This document shows, piece by piece, positions 18,532-28,247 of a stretch of DNA of 62,618 nt. Origin of the DNA: Candidatus Iainarchaeum sp. (GTDB taxonomy: Archaea; Iainarchaeota; Iainarchaeia; Iainarchaeales; VGJJ01); the NCBI GenBank assembly GCA_016198125.1, contig JACQJG010000013.1, positions 1 through 62,618 on the forward strand, written 5' to 3'. Both the position numbers and the translations under genes were made by a program. The notes under the pieces are model-generated. The model was not told the DNA's origin, ran no database searches, and saw nothing but the letters and a program-made list of their open reading frames with translations. The stretch's first letter is position 1. Each line of letters starts with the position of its first letter.

Positions 18532-18938
18532 AAGCCCTTGCGTGAGCTTGCGACGCGTTCAGTTGGGGATTCCTGTTGGAACCCCAACGAAACTGCCATA
18601 TCTGTTTGCATGAAGGTTGCGACAGGGGTCTTGCAAACCCCTTGGCAAGCCTTTGCGAGCTGCCATGGAATGGGCCTTGGAATGCTTTTTAAACGTATAC
18701 TCTACCCCAAATAGTGCATGGCACGTTTTCCTGAAGCAGAAAACAGGCTTTTCGCCAACATTTGGGTGTGCATGGCATGCAATGCCCGCCACCGCATGGG
18801 AGTTGGAAAAAAGCCCAAGCGGTGCAGAAAATGCAAGAGCACGCGCATGCGCTTAAAGAACAAGGTCAAAACCGGGGCATAAAAAACACTTTAAAAACTT
18901 CAATCCTTTTAAACCCCCTTCTTTCCAATTCATATCCT

Positions 18939-19757
18939 ATGCATGCATTTCTTGAAATCACGCGGCCCTTCAACTGTCTCATGGCGGGCATTGCAACATT
19001 CATTGGAAGCAGCGTGGCACTGGGAAGCATGGCATTCAACAGCCAAACATTTTACGCAATCATAGCCGTTATGCTCGTGTGCGCAGGCGGTCAAACAATC
19101 AACGATTACTTTGACCGCCGCGTGGACAAAAAACTCAGCCCAAAAAAGCCCATTCCAAGCGGGCGCATCTCTCCTTTTGCGGCATTGGGATATGCACTGG
19201 TATTATTTGTACTCGGCATTTGGGTGGCCTCTCTTATACACTTCACGGCATGGCTGATTGCCCTTGGGTTTTCCGTGCTGCTTTTTGCGTATTCGGCTTT
19301 CATGACCCGCGTAAAATACCTGGGCAACATTGTAGTAGCATTGGGGACTGCGTTTACGTTCATCTTTGGTGCAAGCGTAGTTGGAAACTATTACCTGGTA
19401 GGTATTTTTGCAGGAATGGCATTCCTTGCAAACTGGGCGCGCGAAATTGCCAAGGACTTGGCAGACATGAAAGAAGACAAAGGATATAAGAGAACGTTGC
19501 CTTTGATGGCAGGAGAGCGGTTTGGAGTGAATGCTGTGTATGTTCTCACGATGGCCACCATGGCATTGGCCTATTATCCCTTTCTTGCAGGGTTGACCCA
19601 TTGGATTTATGTTGTGCTTGCAACCCTGGCCAACTGGGGGTTTTACTGGTCCCTGGTACAACTGCGCAAAAAACATTACGCGATTTCGCATAATGCATCC
19701 AAGAAATCCATGGCATTTGCATTAATCGCGTTTCTTTCAACACTAATCGGAAGGTAA
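18939..19757 (+). CDS. UbiA-family prenyltransferase, DGGGP-synthase-like
   Basis: MHAFLEITRPFNCLMAG..., NDYFDRRVDK and KDLADMKED Asp-rich motifs. AT-boxes at 18886-18913 fit a leaderless start at 18939. The 59-codon upstream extension in the track looks non-coding. Confidence 0.75.
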   Translation: MHAFLEITRPFNCLMAGIATFIGSSVALGSMAFNSQTFYAIIAVMLVCAGGQTINDYFDRRVDKKLSPKKPIPSGRISPFAALGYALVLFVLGIWVASLIHFTAWLIALGFSVLLFAYSAFMTRVKYLGNIVVALGTAFTFIFGASVVGNYYLVGIFAGMAFLANWAREIAKDLADMKEDKGYKRTLPLMAGERFGVNAVYVLTMATMALAYYPFLAGLTHWIYVVLATLANWGFYWSLVQLRKKHYAISHNASKKSMAFALIAFLSTLIGR

Positions 19758-19760
19758 GGC

Positions 19761-20690
19761 ATGCGTGAACACCTTCTATTAAAACTCGTTCAAATTCTGC
19801 AACACGCACACTTTGAAGTGAGCACGTTTCTGCAGTCAGACAACTGCTTTGACCTTATTGCAAAAAAACAAGGCTTACTGCTTGTTGTCAAAGTCTACTC
19901 AAACATTGATGGTATTCGGCCTGAACAGGCCTCTGAGCTTAAACGCATGGCCTCGCTTTTCAACGCGCACTGCATAATCGTTGGACAACATTCAAAAGCC
20001 TTTGAACTGCAGGAAGGAACGCTTTATGACAGGTATGGGATTCCTGTAGTGAGTACAAAAACATTTGAATGGGTCCTGGCAAGCAAGGAACCATTCTCCA
20101 AATATTTCAAGGGAAAAAACATTGTTGAACTGGATGCAGAAAAACTGCGCAGAATGCGCATCAAGAAAAAGCTCACCCTCAACGAACTAGCACATTATAC
20201 AGGGTCAAGCACGGAATCCATTCACCGGTACGAAAAAGGTTTTCCTGCAACTATTGAAACCGCCCACAAGCTCGAGCACGCGCTTTCCACCCAACTCATA
20301 CAAGGATTCGATTTATTCAAAAACCAAGACCTGGAAAAGCCCGAAAAAAATGAAACCATGCACATTGAAGACACGGCACTGGAAAAAATCCATGAACTGG
20401 GCTTGAAACTAAGTGTATTCGACCACGCTCCATTCAAAGCCGTGTCATTGAACGAATCCATCCTTATTTCCAAAGGAAAAAAGAAAAACGAAATCAGGAG
20501 AAAAGCCGAACTGCTCAAACGCACGCGCACGCTCTTTCACACGGATTCACTGATCGTTGCATCCGAAGAAGTCCATGTTAAAAGCGTTGACGGAACCCCA
20601 GTCATCGAAGAAAAAGAGCTTGACTCTCTTTCCAAAGCCAAGGATTTAATCCAATTGCTGCGCGAGCGAAAAAAAGAAGGCAGAACATGA
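19761..20690 (+). CDS. Archaeal HTH (XRE-type) regulator, COG1395-like
   Basis: It has an N-terminal nuclease-like domain and a central LTLNELAHYTGSSTESIHRYEKG helix-turn-helix. The ATGA overlap with pcm indicates an operon. Confidence 0.55.
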   Translation: MREHLLLKLVQILQHAHFEVSTFLQSDNCFDLIAKKQGLLLVVKVYSNIDGIRPEQASELKRMASLFNAHCIIVGQHSKAFELQEGTLYDRYGIPVVSTKTFEWVLASKEPFSKYFKGKNIVELDAEKLRRMRIKKKLTLNELAHYTGSSTESIHRYEKGFPATIETAHKLEHALSTQLIQGFDLFKNQDLEKPEKNETMHIEDTALEKIHELGLKLSVFDHAPFKAVSLNESILISKGKKKNEIRRKAELLKRTRTLFHTDSLIVASEEVHVKSVDGTPVIEEKELDSLSKAKDLIQLLRERKKEGRT

Positions 20691-21382
20691 ACTCATTAGA
20701 CGCCAATGGCCTTTTGCCGCAGAGCAGTTTTGAGCGCAAGCGCGCGCAACTCGTTGAATATTTGAAGAGCACGCATGCCCTTGTATCCAAGGACATTGAG
20801 GAAGCCTTCGCACGCGTCCCGAGGGAGTTGTTCCTGCCGTTTTCCCTGCGCACGCAGGCATATGAGGATGAAGCCATTCCCTTGCTGGCAAGCCAAACGG
20901 TTTCCCAGCCCAGCACGCTTGCAACCATGCTTGAAGCACTCCAAGTAAAAAAGGAAATGAACGTACTCGAGGTAGGAAGCGGTTCAGGATACGTTTGCGC
21001 GTTACTCGCAGAACTCGTAGGCCCTAAAGGCCGCGTAACAGGAATGGAATTACTCCCTGCACTGGCTGAAACCGCGCAATCCAATTTACGCCAAACGCCC
21101 TACACAAACATACAAACCGTTCAAGGAGACGGAACACTTGGATTCGAACCCAATACCCCCTATGACCGCGTTCTTGTGAGCGCCGCTGCCCCTTTTGTGC
21201 CCAAACCCTTGTTCAGCCAATTAAAGGAAGGCGGACGCATTGTAGCCCCAGTAGGCGAAAAGTTTGTTCAAACCCTTCAAATCGTTGAAAAGAAAAACGG
21301 AAAGCTCCTCAAGAAAGACGTTCATCCCTTCACCTACCAGTTCGTACCATTGAAAGGAAAACACGGGTGGAATGAGCAATGA
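20687..21382 (+). CDS. pcm: Protein-L-isoaspartate O-methyltransferase
   Basis: AIPLLASQTVSQPSTLATMLE, VLEVGSGSGYVCALLAELVG and DRVLVSAAAP. Confidence 0.9.
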   Translation: MNSLDANGLLPQSSFERKRAQLVEYLKSTHALVSKDIEEAFARVPRELFLPFSLRTQAYEDEAIPLLASQTVSQPSTLATMLEALQVKKEMNVLEVGSGSGYVCALLAELVGPKGRVTGMELLPALAETAQSNLRQTPYTNIQTVQGDGTLGFEPNTPYDRVLVSAAAPFVPKPLFSQLKEGGRIVAPVGEKFVQTLQIVEKKNGKLLKKDVHPFTYQFVPLKGKHGWNEQ

Positions 21383-21954
21383 TGCTGAAGCGAAAGAAAA
21401 ACCTTGAAAAAAGAGGGCTTGCAAAGAAACCCCTCATTCTTGGCAAGCTAAAGTTAACTGGAAAAGGCAAAACTCATTTGGCCCACCTGCGCTACCTGGA
21501 ACTTGCGCGTGCAGTTGAACGCAGGGGGACAAGAGAATATTCTCCAGCCGCGCGCAGTAAAATCAACAGGCTCCTTGCATACCTGCACAACCCTTCTACC
21601 CCGCCCCAACACATACTACAAATGGCCATTGATGTGTTCGAAGCCCACCTGCACTGGGCGCGGAATGAAACAGAATTCTTTCAAAAAGCACTGGAAAAAT
21701 GGGATGCATTTGAAGCAAGAAGGCACAAAGACTCTGAAAATTATTTTGTGCTGAATCCAAGAGAGAAAACCTGCATGCTGGACTGGCTTGCAAAACTACA
21801 ACACTACGAGATTTCCACCAACCGCTTGCTGGGGGGTCTAAGCACTGCATACCGCTTTTACCTGGAAGGAGTGTATTCAAAAAAACAATTGGAAGCATTG
21901 CACGCCATGCTCTTGAAACGTGTTTACCTCATAGCCCCTAAACTGCGACCATGA
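21379..21954 (+). CDS. Hypothetical basic protein
   Basis: 191-aa ORF coupled to pcm by a 4-nt overlap. I recognise no family. Confidence 0.5.
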   Translation: MMLKRKKNLEKRGLAKKPLILGKLKLTGKGKTHLAHLRYLELARAVERRGTREYSPAARSKINRLLAYLHNPSTPPQHILQMAIDVFEAHLHWARNETEFFQKALEKWDAFEARRHKDSENYFVLNPREKTCMLDWLAKLQHYEISTNRLLGGLSTAYRFYLEGVYSKKQLEALHAMLLKRVYLIAPKLRP

Positions 21955-22009
21955 ATGCGTGCAAAGCCAAAACACGTAAAGTTAAATACTCCCGCTTCTT
22001 GTTTCCTGC

Positions 22010-23311
22010 ATGAAACACAAGGGAAGCCCGCTCAAACTCAAAAAAGCCTTGGGCCTTGTGGACCTTACATTTTACGGGGTTGGAATCATTTTGGGCGCGG
22101 GCATTTACGCGCTCATTGGAGAAGGCGCAGGCATTGCGCACAACAGCCTGTGGCTTTCATTTGTGATTGCAGGAATTATTGCCGCGTTCACAGGCCTGAG
22201 TTTTTGCGAACTTTCCTCCAGGTATTCAAAAGATGCCGCAGAATACAATTACATGCAACAAGGCTTTCGGCGCAGAAGCTGGTCGTTTTTAATCCAATGG
22301 GCGCTGATCGTTTCAGGAGTGATTGCCATTGCAACCGTAAGCCTTGGCTTTGGCGGCTATTTGGCTTTCATGGCTGGAGGCGACAAAGTCTTTTACGCAG
22401 GCCTCCTCATCCTTGCATTGTCGGCCCTTAACTATTATGGAATAAAAGAATCCGCCCGGTTCAACATGGTTTCAACGCTCATTGAAGGCGGAGGACTTGT
22501 ACTCATTGTCCTCATCGGCGCATGGATTGCAGTGCAAGGCCAACTGGTTGCACCCTTGTTTGAATGGCCCGGCAAAGGATTGGACGGCGTGCTGGCAGCC
22601 GTTGGACTCATCTTTTTTGCCTACATCGGCTTCGAAGACGTTGTGAATATCTCAGAGGAAACAAGGAACGCGCGCAAGACTGTTCCAAAAGCCCTGTTAC
22701 TTTCCATTGGCGTTTCAACTTTGTTGTACATCCTTGTGAGCGTGCTTGCAACCAGCGCGGTTGGATGGGAAGTGTTAAGTGCCACGCCTGCACCCCTTGC
22801 AAAAATGGCAGAAAACTCCATTCCACAGGCTGCCCTGCTCATGGGCCTTATCGCGTTGTTTGCAACCGCCAACACCGTGCTCGCACTCCTTGTAAGCGTT
22901 TCGCGCATGGTCTATGGAATGGCCTGCCAAAACTCCATTTCAAAAGTATGCAGTACGGTGAGCCAGCGCGGAACCCCCCACGTGGCCATTGCCCTGGCAG
23001 GCCTTTTCTCATTACTAGGCTTAGGACTTGGAGGCATTGGAACGGTTGCAAAACTCGCAGACATTGGAGTGTTCATAACCTTTTTTGGCGTGAACATGGC
23101 CCTCATCGCAATAAGATACAAGCACCCTGATTCAAAACCCTTCTTCAAAACGCCCTTCAACCTTGCATGGTTTCCAGTCCTCGCAGGACTCGGCGCGCTC
23201 TCCTCCATTGGAATGCTCTTGTACTTTGAATGGGAACTGCTTGCACTGGAACTGGGCGTGCTCATTGCAGGTTACATAGTCTACTGGTGGTATGCCCACC
23301 ACAAAGACTAA
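22010..23311 (+). CDS. APC-family amino-acid permease
   Basis: About 12 TM segments. The N-terminus reads LGLVDLTFYGVGIILGAGIYALIGEG, and FAYIGFEDVVNISEE is also present. Confidence 0.85.
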   Translation: MKHKGSPLKLKKALGLVDLTFYGVGIILGAGIYALIGEGAGIAHNSLWLSFVIAGIIAAFTGLSFCELSSRYSKDAAEYNYMQQGFRRRSWSFLIQWALIVSGVIAIATVSLGFGGYLAFMAGGDKVFYAGLLILALSALNYYGIKESARFNMVSTLIEGGGLVLIVLIGAWIAVQGQLVAPLFEWPGKGLDGVLAAVGLIFFAYIGFEDVVNISEETRNARKTVPKALLLSIGVSTLLYILVSVLATSAVGWEVLSATPAPLAKMAENSIPQAALLMGLIALFATANTVLALLVSVSRMVYGMACQNSISKVCSTVSQRGTPHVAIALAGLFSLLGLGLGGIGTVAKLADIGVFITFFGVNMALIAIRYKHPDSKPFFKTPFNLAWFPVLAGLGALSSIGMLLYFEWELLALELGVLIAGYIVYWWYAHHKD

Positions 23312-23327
23312 CGCAACCTTAAATATT

Positions 23328-24359
23328 TTACCCCCACGCACTCAGACTGCTTTGCGCGCCTTTTTCGTTCAGCTTTGAAACAAGTTTGTCCAGCGTGCCT
23401 TCCACCCGCTCCCGGGAAAAAGAATGCTCTTCCACCAAAAACTCAAGAATTTTTTCACGGTCAGGAGGCCTGAATTGAGTGGAATACTCAAGGGATTGCA
23501 CGGGCTTCAAAAAAATGCCCTGCACTTCCCTGTAATCAAAATTAGGCACAAAACCAACCGCCTCCGCAATGGATTCAAACGAGTCATGTTTTTGCACCAA
23601 CTTCAATGCAGTCTTCGGGCCAACCTTTGGAAACTTTTCATTGAAATCCGTTCCAACCAAAAGGGCCAGCCATACAAGCTTTTCACGTGAAATGGAAAGC
23701 GCGGAAAGCACTTTGCCTAACTCCAGCAATTCAGGTTCCACATCCACATAAAAATTCTTTCCAGGTGCTTTGCGTTTTCCAGTAACGGCCAGGTTTCTAA
23801 TGACACGCGGACAGCCAAAGAGCAGCGCATCATAGTCCTGGGAAGCGCCTGCAAACGCGTCGCCCTTGGAAACAAGCAACGCCATTTGGGCTTCCCCTTC
23901 GGAAGGGGCATGAATAACCGGCAAGCCCATGAACGAAACGAGTTCTTTTGCGCTTTCAATCATTTCAGGAGTGAGTTTGAGCGCCCGACTGCCCCACAGC
24001 CGCGCTTTCTCTAAATCCCCTGATTCCACGGCTTTTTTATGCTCTTCAAATGCGTGCGTGCGAATCGCGTGGCGTTCGGAAAGCGTTTTGGATTTGAGCT
24101 CATGGGGTTTGCCGTCAAACACGAACAACGGGCGCATGCCTTTTTGCACCCATTGATTAGTACGATAAAATAATCCGGACAAATGGCTTGTAACGCGGCC
24201 CTGCGCGTCCATCAATGGGGAACCATCTTCTCCCCGAATGCTGGAAAGAAACTGGTACAACACGTTATACGCGTCCACTGCAATTTTCTTTCCATCCAAT
24301 GCCCCCCAATCCAAGGGAGCACGTTCCAATATCTCTCCAATAGGCGTGCCCATAAGCAT
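23328..24359 (-). CDS. fen: Flap endonuclease 1
   Basis: The XPG-N and XPG-I regions include AVDAYNVLYQFL, FVFDGKPHELK, APSEGEAQMA and SQDYDALLFG, plus an H3TH segment (VGTDFN). Confidence 0.92.
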   Translation of the reverse strand: MLMGTPIGEILERAPLDWGALDGKKIAVDAYNVLYQFLSSIRGEDGSPLMDAQGRVTSHLSGLFYRTNQWVQKGMRPLFVFDGKPHELKSKTLSERHAIRTHAFEEHKKAVESGDLEKARLWGSRALKLTPEMIESAKELVSFMGLPVIHAPSEGEAQMALLVSKGDAFAGASQDYDALLFGCPRVIRNLAVTGKRKAPGKNFYVDVEPELLELGKVLSALSISREKLVWLALLVGTDFNEKFPKVGPKTALKLVQKHDSFESIAEAVGFVPNFDYREVQGIFLKPVQSLEYSTQFRPPDREKILEFLVEEHSFSRERVEGTLDKLVSKLNEKGAQSSLSAWG

Positions 24360-25286
24360 TCACCGCTGGCGAGACGCTACCGCCTTTTGACCAGATTCAA
24401 AGGCAGGCAATTTAAGTTCTTGCCTGACAAAATCGTCCAAGGAAATGGAAGACTCAAATACGTTCTCAAACACACTCATGTACGCGTTCACCAATGCCTT
24501 GGATTCCACTTTAAGGGCAATGAACTGGTCTTCCAAGTAAAACAGGCTGATGAACCGCTTATCGGTTATAACTGACCGGTTAGCCACCAATCCCACTTTG
24601 ACACGCAGTTCAATGTTATACTGCTTCATGTACCTGAAAATATCCTGCAAGCGGTTAATCAAATACGCTTCTCCAAAGGCTCTTCGCACGGCGTTAAAAT
24701 AATTGGTGGCACAATCCATTGTAATAATATGCTTTTCATTGGGAAGCCTGTCCAAGTTCTTCCAAAAACGCTCGCGGTTCCTGTGCCTTGCCTCCGTGTA
24801 ATGATAATTGGGGTAAAAAGCGCGTATGACACGCACCGCTTCCACCTCTTTGCGGGGCAAAAAGATAAGGGGAACCGCAGTGCCCACATCCACGTAATAG
24901 GAGAACGTGCTGTCTTTGAGAAACCCGTAAAATTTGTCCTTGAACTCGTCCACGTTGGTAAAAATTTCAACCTTTTCAGGAAGAGAAAGTTCTTCCAGCA
25001 AGGACTCGCGCTTGCGGTTCAACAACTGGTATTGGCGGTCCAAAAAATCAGTGACGCGCTGGTCCAGGTTTTCCGCCGAATACATAGACGGGTGAAAACG
25101 CTTTTCAATGAGCTGCCAGGAAACAAGGTCATTCAAATACCCATAAATCCGTCCCATGGGCAGATTGGTTTTTTGCGCGACATCCTCAGCCGCAAAGTTC
25201 CCATGCATCAAAACCTTGAGGATTTGAACGTGCTGGTCCTTTAAATCAAAGTCCGCCTTCAAAAGGTCAAAAACCCTTTCATTCAT
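24360..25286 (-). CDS. TrmB-like transcriptional regulator
   Basis: The N-terminal wHTH reads QILKVLMHGNFAAEDVAQKTNLPMGRIYGYLNDLVSWQLIEK, followed by a coiled coil and a C-terminal TrmB-type domain. The start is at Met13 of the track ORF. Confidence 0.6.
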   Translation of the reverse strand: MNERVFDLLKADFDLKDQHVQILKVLMHGNFAAEDVAQKTNLPMGRIYGYLNDLVSWQLIEKRFHPSMYSAENLDQRVTDFLDRQYQLLNRKRESLLEELSLPEKVEIFTNVDEFKDKFYGFLKDSTFSYYVDVGTAVPLIFLPRKEVEAVRVIRAFYPNYHYTEARHRNRERFWKNLDRLPNEKHIITMDCATNYFNAVRRAFGEAYLINRLQDIFRYMKQYNIELRVKVGLVANRSVITDKRFISLFYLEDQFIALKVESKALVNAYMSVFENVFESSISLDDFVRQELKLPAFESGQKAVASRQR

Positions 25287-25647
25287 GGTTATACTCACTC
25301 CCCCAACTCCACTTAAAACCAAGGGTTTTTACTCTAAAAAACCCTCAAAAAAAACACGTTTTTTGTGTTAATTGTGGGATGAATAGGTATATTTAAATAC
25401 AACCTGCGATGCCGTTAGTATCTTAGACGATTGTAATGGTCGTCTATGAACTTAGTATGGTGAGCCTATCCAATTCTATATCTAAGTTCAACCAACTCTC
25501 TTAGAAAAGCAGTGCGTTTTTGCACTGCTTTCCTAATTCATGTGCTCTTACGTTGCACGTTCAAAAGCAACTTTCAACACACGCGCAAAGGCTTTTGCCC
25601 GAACAAATAATCACCTTTTTTAAGCGCGCGCCCTCTCTTAATCTAGT

Positions 25648-27141
25648 ATGCCTGCAACCCCTTCAAAAGTACTGCCGCTTGTGCTTGCAGGCGCGTTTGC
25701 CCTTACCTATATTTTTTCCAAACTCCAAGACCCTGCTCCCACTATAACCGATTGGATTGTGTTGGTCATTGCCCTTCTTGCCATATTCACGTGGGCCATC
25801 AAGAAAGGAGTGCCCAATGCCCAAACATATGGAATAGTGTCCATGGTGCGGTTTCAAAAACCCCTGAAATGGCTGGATGCCATTCCCCATCGGCCAAGAT
25901 TGTGGGGCTGGTTTTCCGATCTTGGAATGGTGCTGGGTTTTGGGGGCATTGGAGCGGATTATTTGTGGGGGCGCGCCTTCAAATCAAGAATTAAACGCTT
26001 GGCATTGTTTGCAGGCGTGTTTTTAGGGCTTGGGCTTCTCTTGGGCAACCAGTCCAATCCCCTCATTCCGATTTCCCCCCTGGCTTTGCAGGCTTCGTTT
26101 GGACTGTTTGGATTTGCAGGGTTTGTCATCACCAGCCTGTTTTACAGCGGGATAGACATCCTGGAAAAAATGTTCCTGGGAAAAAGTGCATGCGCGGCCG
26201 TGGCGCCTGTAATCCCCGGAGTCAGCCTGCCCAATGTGCCATTAACCGTGCCTTTGCATGGATGGCTGTCCTTTCTCATCATCCTCATCCTCCATGAAGG
26301 CGCGCACGGCGTGCTTGCACGCCAAGTAGGCGCAAAACTCAAAAGCTGCGGCCTCTTACTGGCAGGCATTCTCCCCATTGGAGCCTTTGTTGAACCCGAC
26401 GAAAAAGACATTCAGCGATTGGAATCAAAAAACCCAAAAGAAGCTTTGCGCGTTTATGCCGCTGGCGCAAGCGCGAACACCTTCTTTTTCATCCTTGGAA
26501 CCATTCTTTCCCTCCTAGCAGGGGCATTCATTATAACCCCCTTTATTGCCCCCTATTTTGACCATGTACAACGCGAACGCACAGAAGGATTGTACGTGCA
26601 AAGCGTGGAAAGCCAAATAGATTTGTGCGGAAGCGTGTTTCCAGCGCCTGCTGCAGGCATACTTGAACCCGGAATGCAGGTACTCGCAGTAAACGAAACC
26701 CCTATTCACATTCTAAATGACTACCGAAAGGCCGTGGAAGGAAAAAAAGAATTCCAACTGACCTATTCCATAAATGGCCAGACCCAAACACACCCATTCA
26801 AAGTAAACGAGTTGGGCCGGATTGGAGTGGTATTCGAAGAACGGGAAAAGCCTGGTTACACGCCCCCGCAAAATTATGAATGGTTTGCAGGAATCTTTTC
26901 ATTCCTGGCCAGCTTCATTGCATGGCTTCTCCTCCTGAACTTTCTTGTGGGAGTAGCAAACTTCATGCCCATGGAACCCTTTGACGGGGGCAAAATCGCA
27001 AAAATCATGTTGACTCCCTACCTTGCATTCCTCCAATTGCCTGAAAAGGACACCATGAAACTTGTAAGCAAAATTTTTGTAGGCGTGCTGTTGGTGCTTT
27101 TCATCATTAACGCATTGCCTTTGTTTTTTCCAGCATCGTGA
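25648..27141 (+). CDS. M50 site-2-protease-family membrane metalloprotease with a PDZ-like insert
   Basis: HEGAHGVLAR provides HExxH in a TM segment, and a distal NFMPMEPFDGGKI motif is present. An AT-box at 25614-25624 fits a leaderless start. Confidence 0.85.
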   Translation: MPATPSKVLPLVLAGAFALTYIFSKLQDPAPTITDWIVLVIALLAIFTWAIKKGVPNAQTYGIVSMVRFQKPLKWLDAIPHRPRLWGWFSDLGMVLGFGGIGADYLWGRAFKSRIKRLALFAGVFLGLGLLLGNQSNPLIPISPLALQASFGLFGFAGFVITSLFYSGIDILEKMFLGKSACAAVAPVIPGVSLPNVPLTVPLHGWLSFLIILILHEGAHGVLARQVGAKLKSCGLLLAGILPIGAFVEPDEKDIQRLESKNPKEALRVYAAGASANTFFFILGTILSLLAGAFIITPFIAPYFDHVQRERTEGLYVQSVESQIDLCGSVFPAPAAGILEPGMQVLAVNETPIHILNDYRKAVEGKKEFQLTYSINGQTQTHPFKVNELGRIGVVFEEREKPGYTPPQNYEWFAGIFSFLASFIAWLLLLNFLVGVANFMPMEPFDGGKIAKIMLTPYLAFLQLPEKDTMKLVSKIFVGVLLVLFIINALPLFFPAS

Positions 27142-27882
27142 CTAGGCATTGCCTTTTACTGTGCGGTAAAAAGATTCATTAAACCAGTGCATGCACGCAA
27201 CCTGGGAATTCAAAAAAACAGGAAAACCTGCACGCGTTGCATCCATGCAGAAAAAGATGTCATCCCATGCCGGTTTTCCTTCCTCAAACCTAAAACACGT
27301 TTTTTCCAGCACGCTGCATGAAATAAGCATGCATCCCAAACCCGTGTGGCTTACTTCCATTAAACGGCCCGGCAGGCAGTCCACCAGGCGCAGGCTTGCA
27401 ATCAAAGGCTCTCCTTTATTGTCCACGCCACGCTGTTGAAAAGCCACTGCTCTAAGCTGGCCAGGGCCCTGCAATTCATTCAAGTACAACGCACTGCAAA
27501 GGCCTTTTTTGCAGGCAAGCAATTGCTCAATGGCATTTGCTGGAGGTATAACATCCTGCTCCAGCGACAAAAAGTATTCAAAGCCTTCGTGTAACGCCTT
27601 TTCGCGCAGAAAGTTCCTGCAGTCCACGATGCGCCTGCGCACGGGTTCCACGTTTTCAGCCATGCGGTGCACGCCAAACTTTTTGCCTGTGCGATCAGAC
27701 CAGTCTCTTGCCTTTTCCTCTAGCAGGCGGGCATATTCCCCGGTTTTTGAATTGTCCACCAGGTACACTTCAGCGTTTTGACAGGTAAGTGATTCCAAAC
27801 CTTCCAGGTACTCATTCAGGCAATAGGCTTTTCCCTGAAAAGTCGGGCATCCAACCAGCACGCGCGGTTCAACCATGTACAC
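27142..27882 (-). CDS. GT-A fold glycosyltransferase (GT2-like)
   Basis: VLVGCPTFQGKAYCLNEYLEGL...VYLVDNS, then LSLEQDV (DxD-like). Confidence 0.5.
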   Translation of the reverse strand: MYMVEPRVLVGCPTFQGKAYCLNEYLEGLESLTCQNAEVYLVDNSKTGEYARLLEEKARDWSDRTGKKFGVHRMAENVEPVRRRIVDCRNFLREKALHEGFEYFLSLEQDVIPPANAIEQLLACKKGLCSALYLNELQGPGQLRAVAFQQRGVDNKGEPLIASLRLVDCLPGRLMEVSHTGLGCMLISCSVLEKTCFRFEEGKPAWDDIFFCMDATRAGFPVFLNSQVACMHWFNESFYRTVKGNA

Positions 27883-27931
27883 TTCCTTTTATTGAGAAGA
27901 ATTATAAAACGCGCACGCATTAAAGGCACTC

Positions 27932-28243
27932 ATGCCTGCGCCAAACGTGTTCAAACAATTGGACAAGGGAATGCCCAACGGGTTCAATGTAATCGTGCAG
28001 AACAAAAACGTTGTCATAGGCGTTTCGCGCATGCAAGGCAAGTGGCCTTTTACTGAGTACAGTTTCCATGGCCAAGACGAAGTCCTTTTGGTGCTGAAAG
28101 GAAAAGTGGAAGTGGAATATTCCAACGGCCAGCGCACGGTTTTGCGCGCAGGGGATGTGGAAATCATGCCTGGAACGCTTGGACATAAAGTACACAACGC
28201 CCAAAAAAAACCAAGCGACACCCTGCTTATTTTTTACGGGTAA
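27932..28243 (+). CDS. Cupin-domain protein
   Basis: FHGQDEVLLVLKGKVEVEY...LRAGDVEIMPGTLGHKVHN is a cupin_2 pattern. Confidence 0.7.
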   Translation: MPAPNVFKQLDKGMPNGFNVIVQNKNVVIGVSRMQGKWPFTEYSFHGQDEVLLVLKGKVEVEYSNGQRTVLRAGDVEIMPGTLGHKVHNAQKKPSDTLLIFYG

Positions 28244-28247
28244 AAAA

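Noticed and set aside
18540-18930. RNase P RNA in the GC-rich spacer (a CAGAAAACAGGCTT segment vaguely resembles CR-V)
   Set aside because: No GAGGAAAGUCC (CR-I) element or P4 partner is present on either strand.
18762-18938. 59-codon N-terminal extension of the DGGGP-synthase-like ORF
   Set aside because: The extension is not hydrophobic or UbiA-like. AT-boxes sit 25-50 nt upstream of the ATG at 18939, and the region looks like structured non-coding DNA.
21955-23341. Multiple alternative-frame ORFs overlapping the APC permease gene (for example 22564-23130)
   Set aside because: They are Arg/Cys/His-rich shadows of a GC-rich membrane-protein gene. The permease frame has clear TM periodicity and family motifs.
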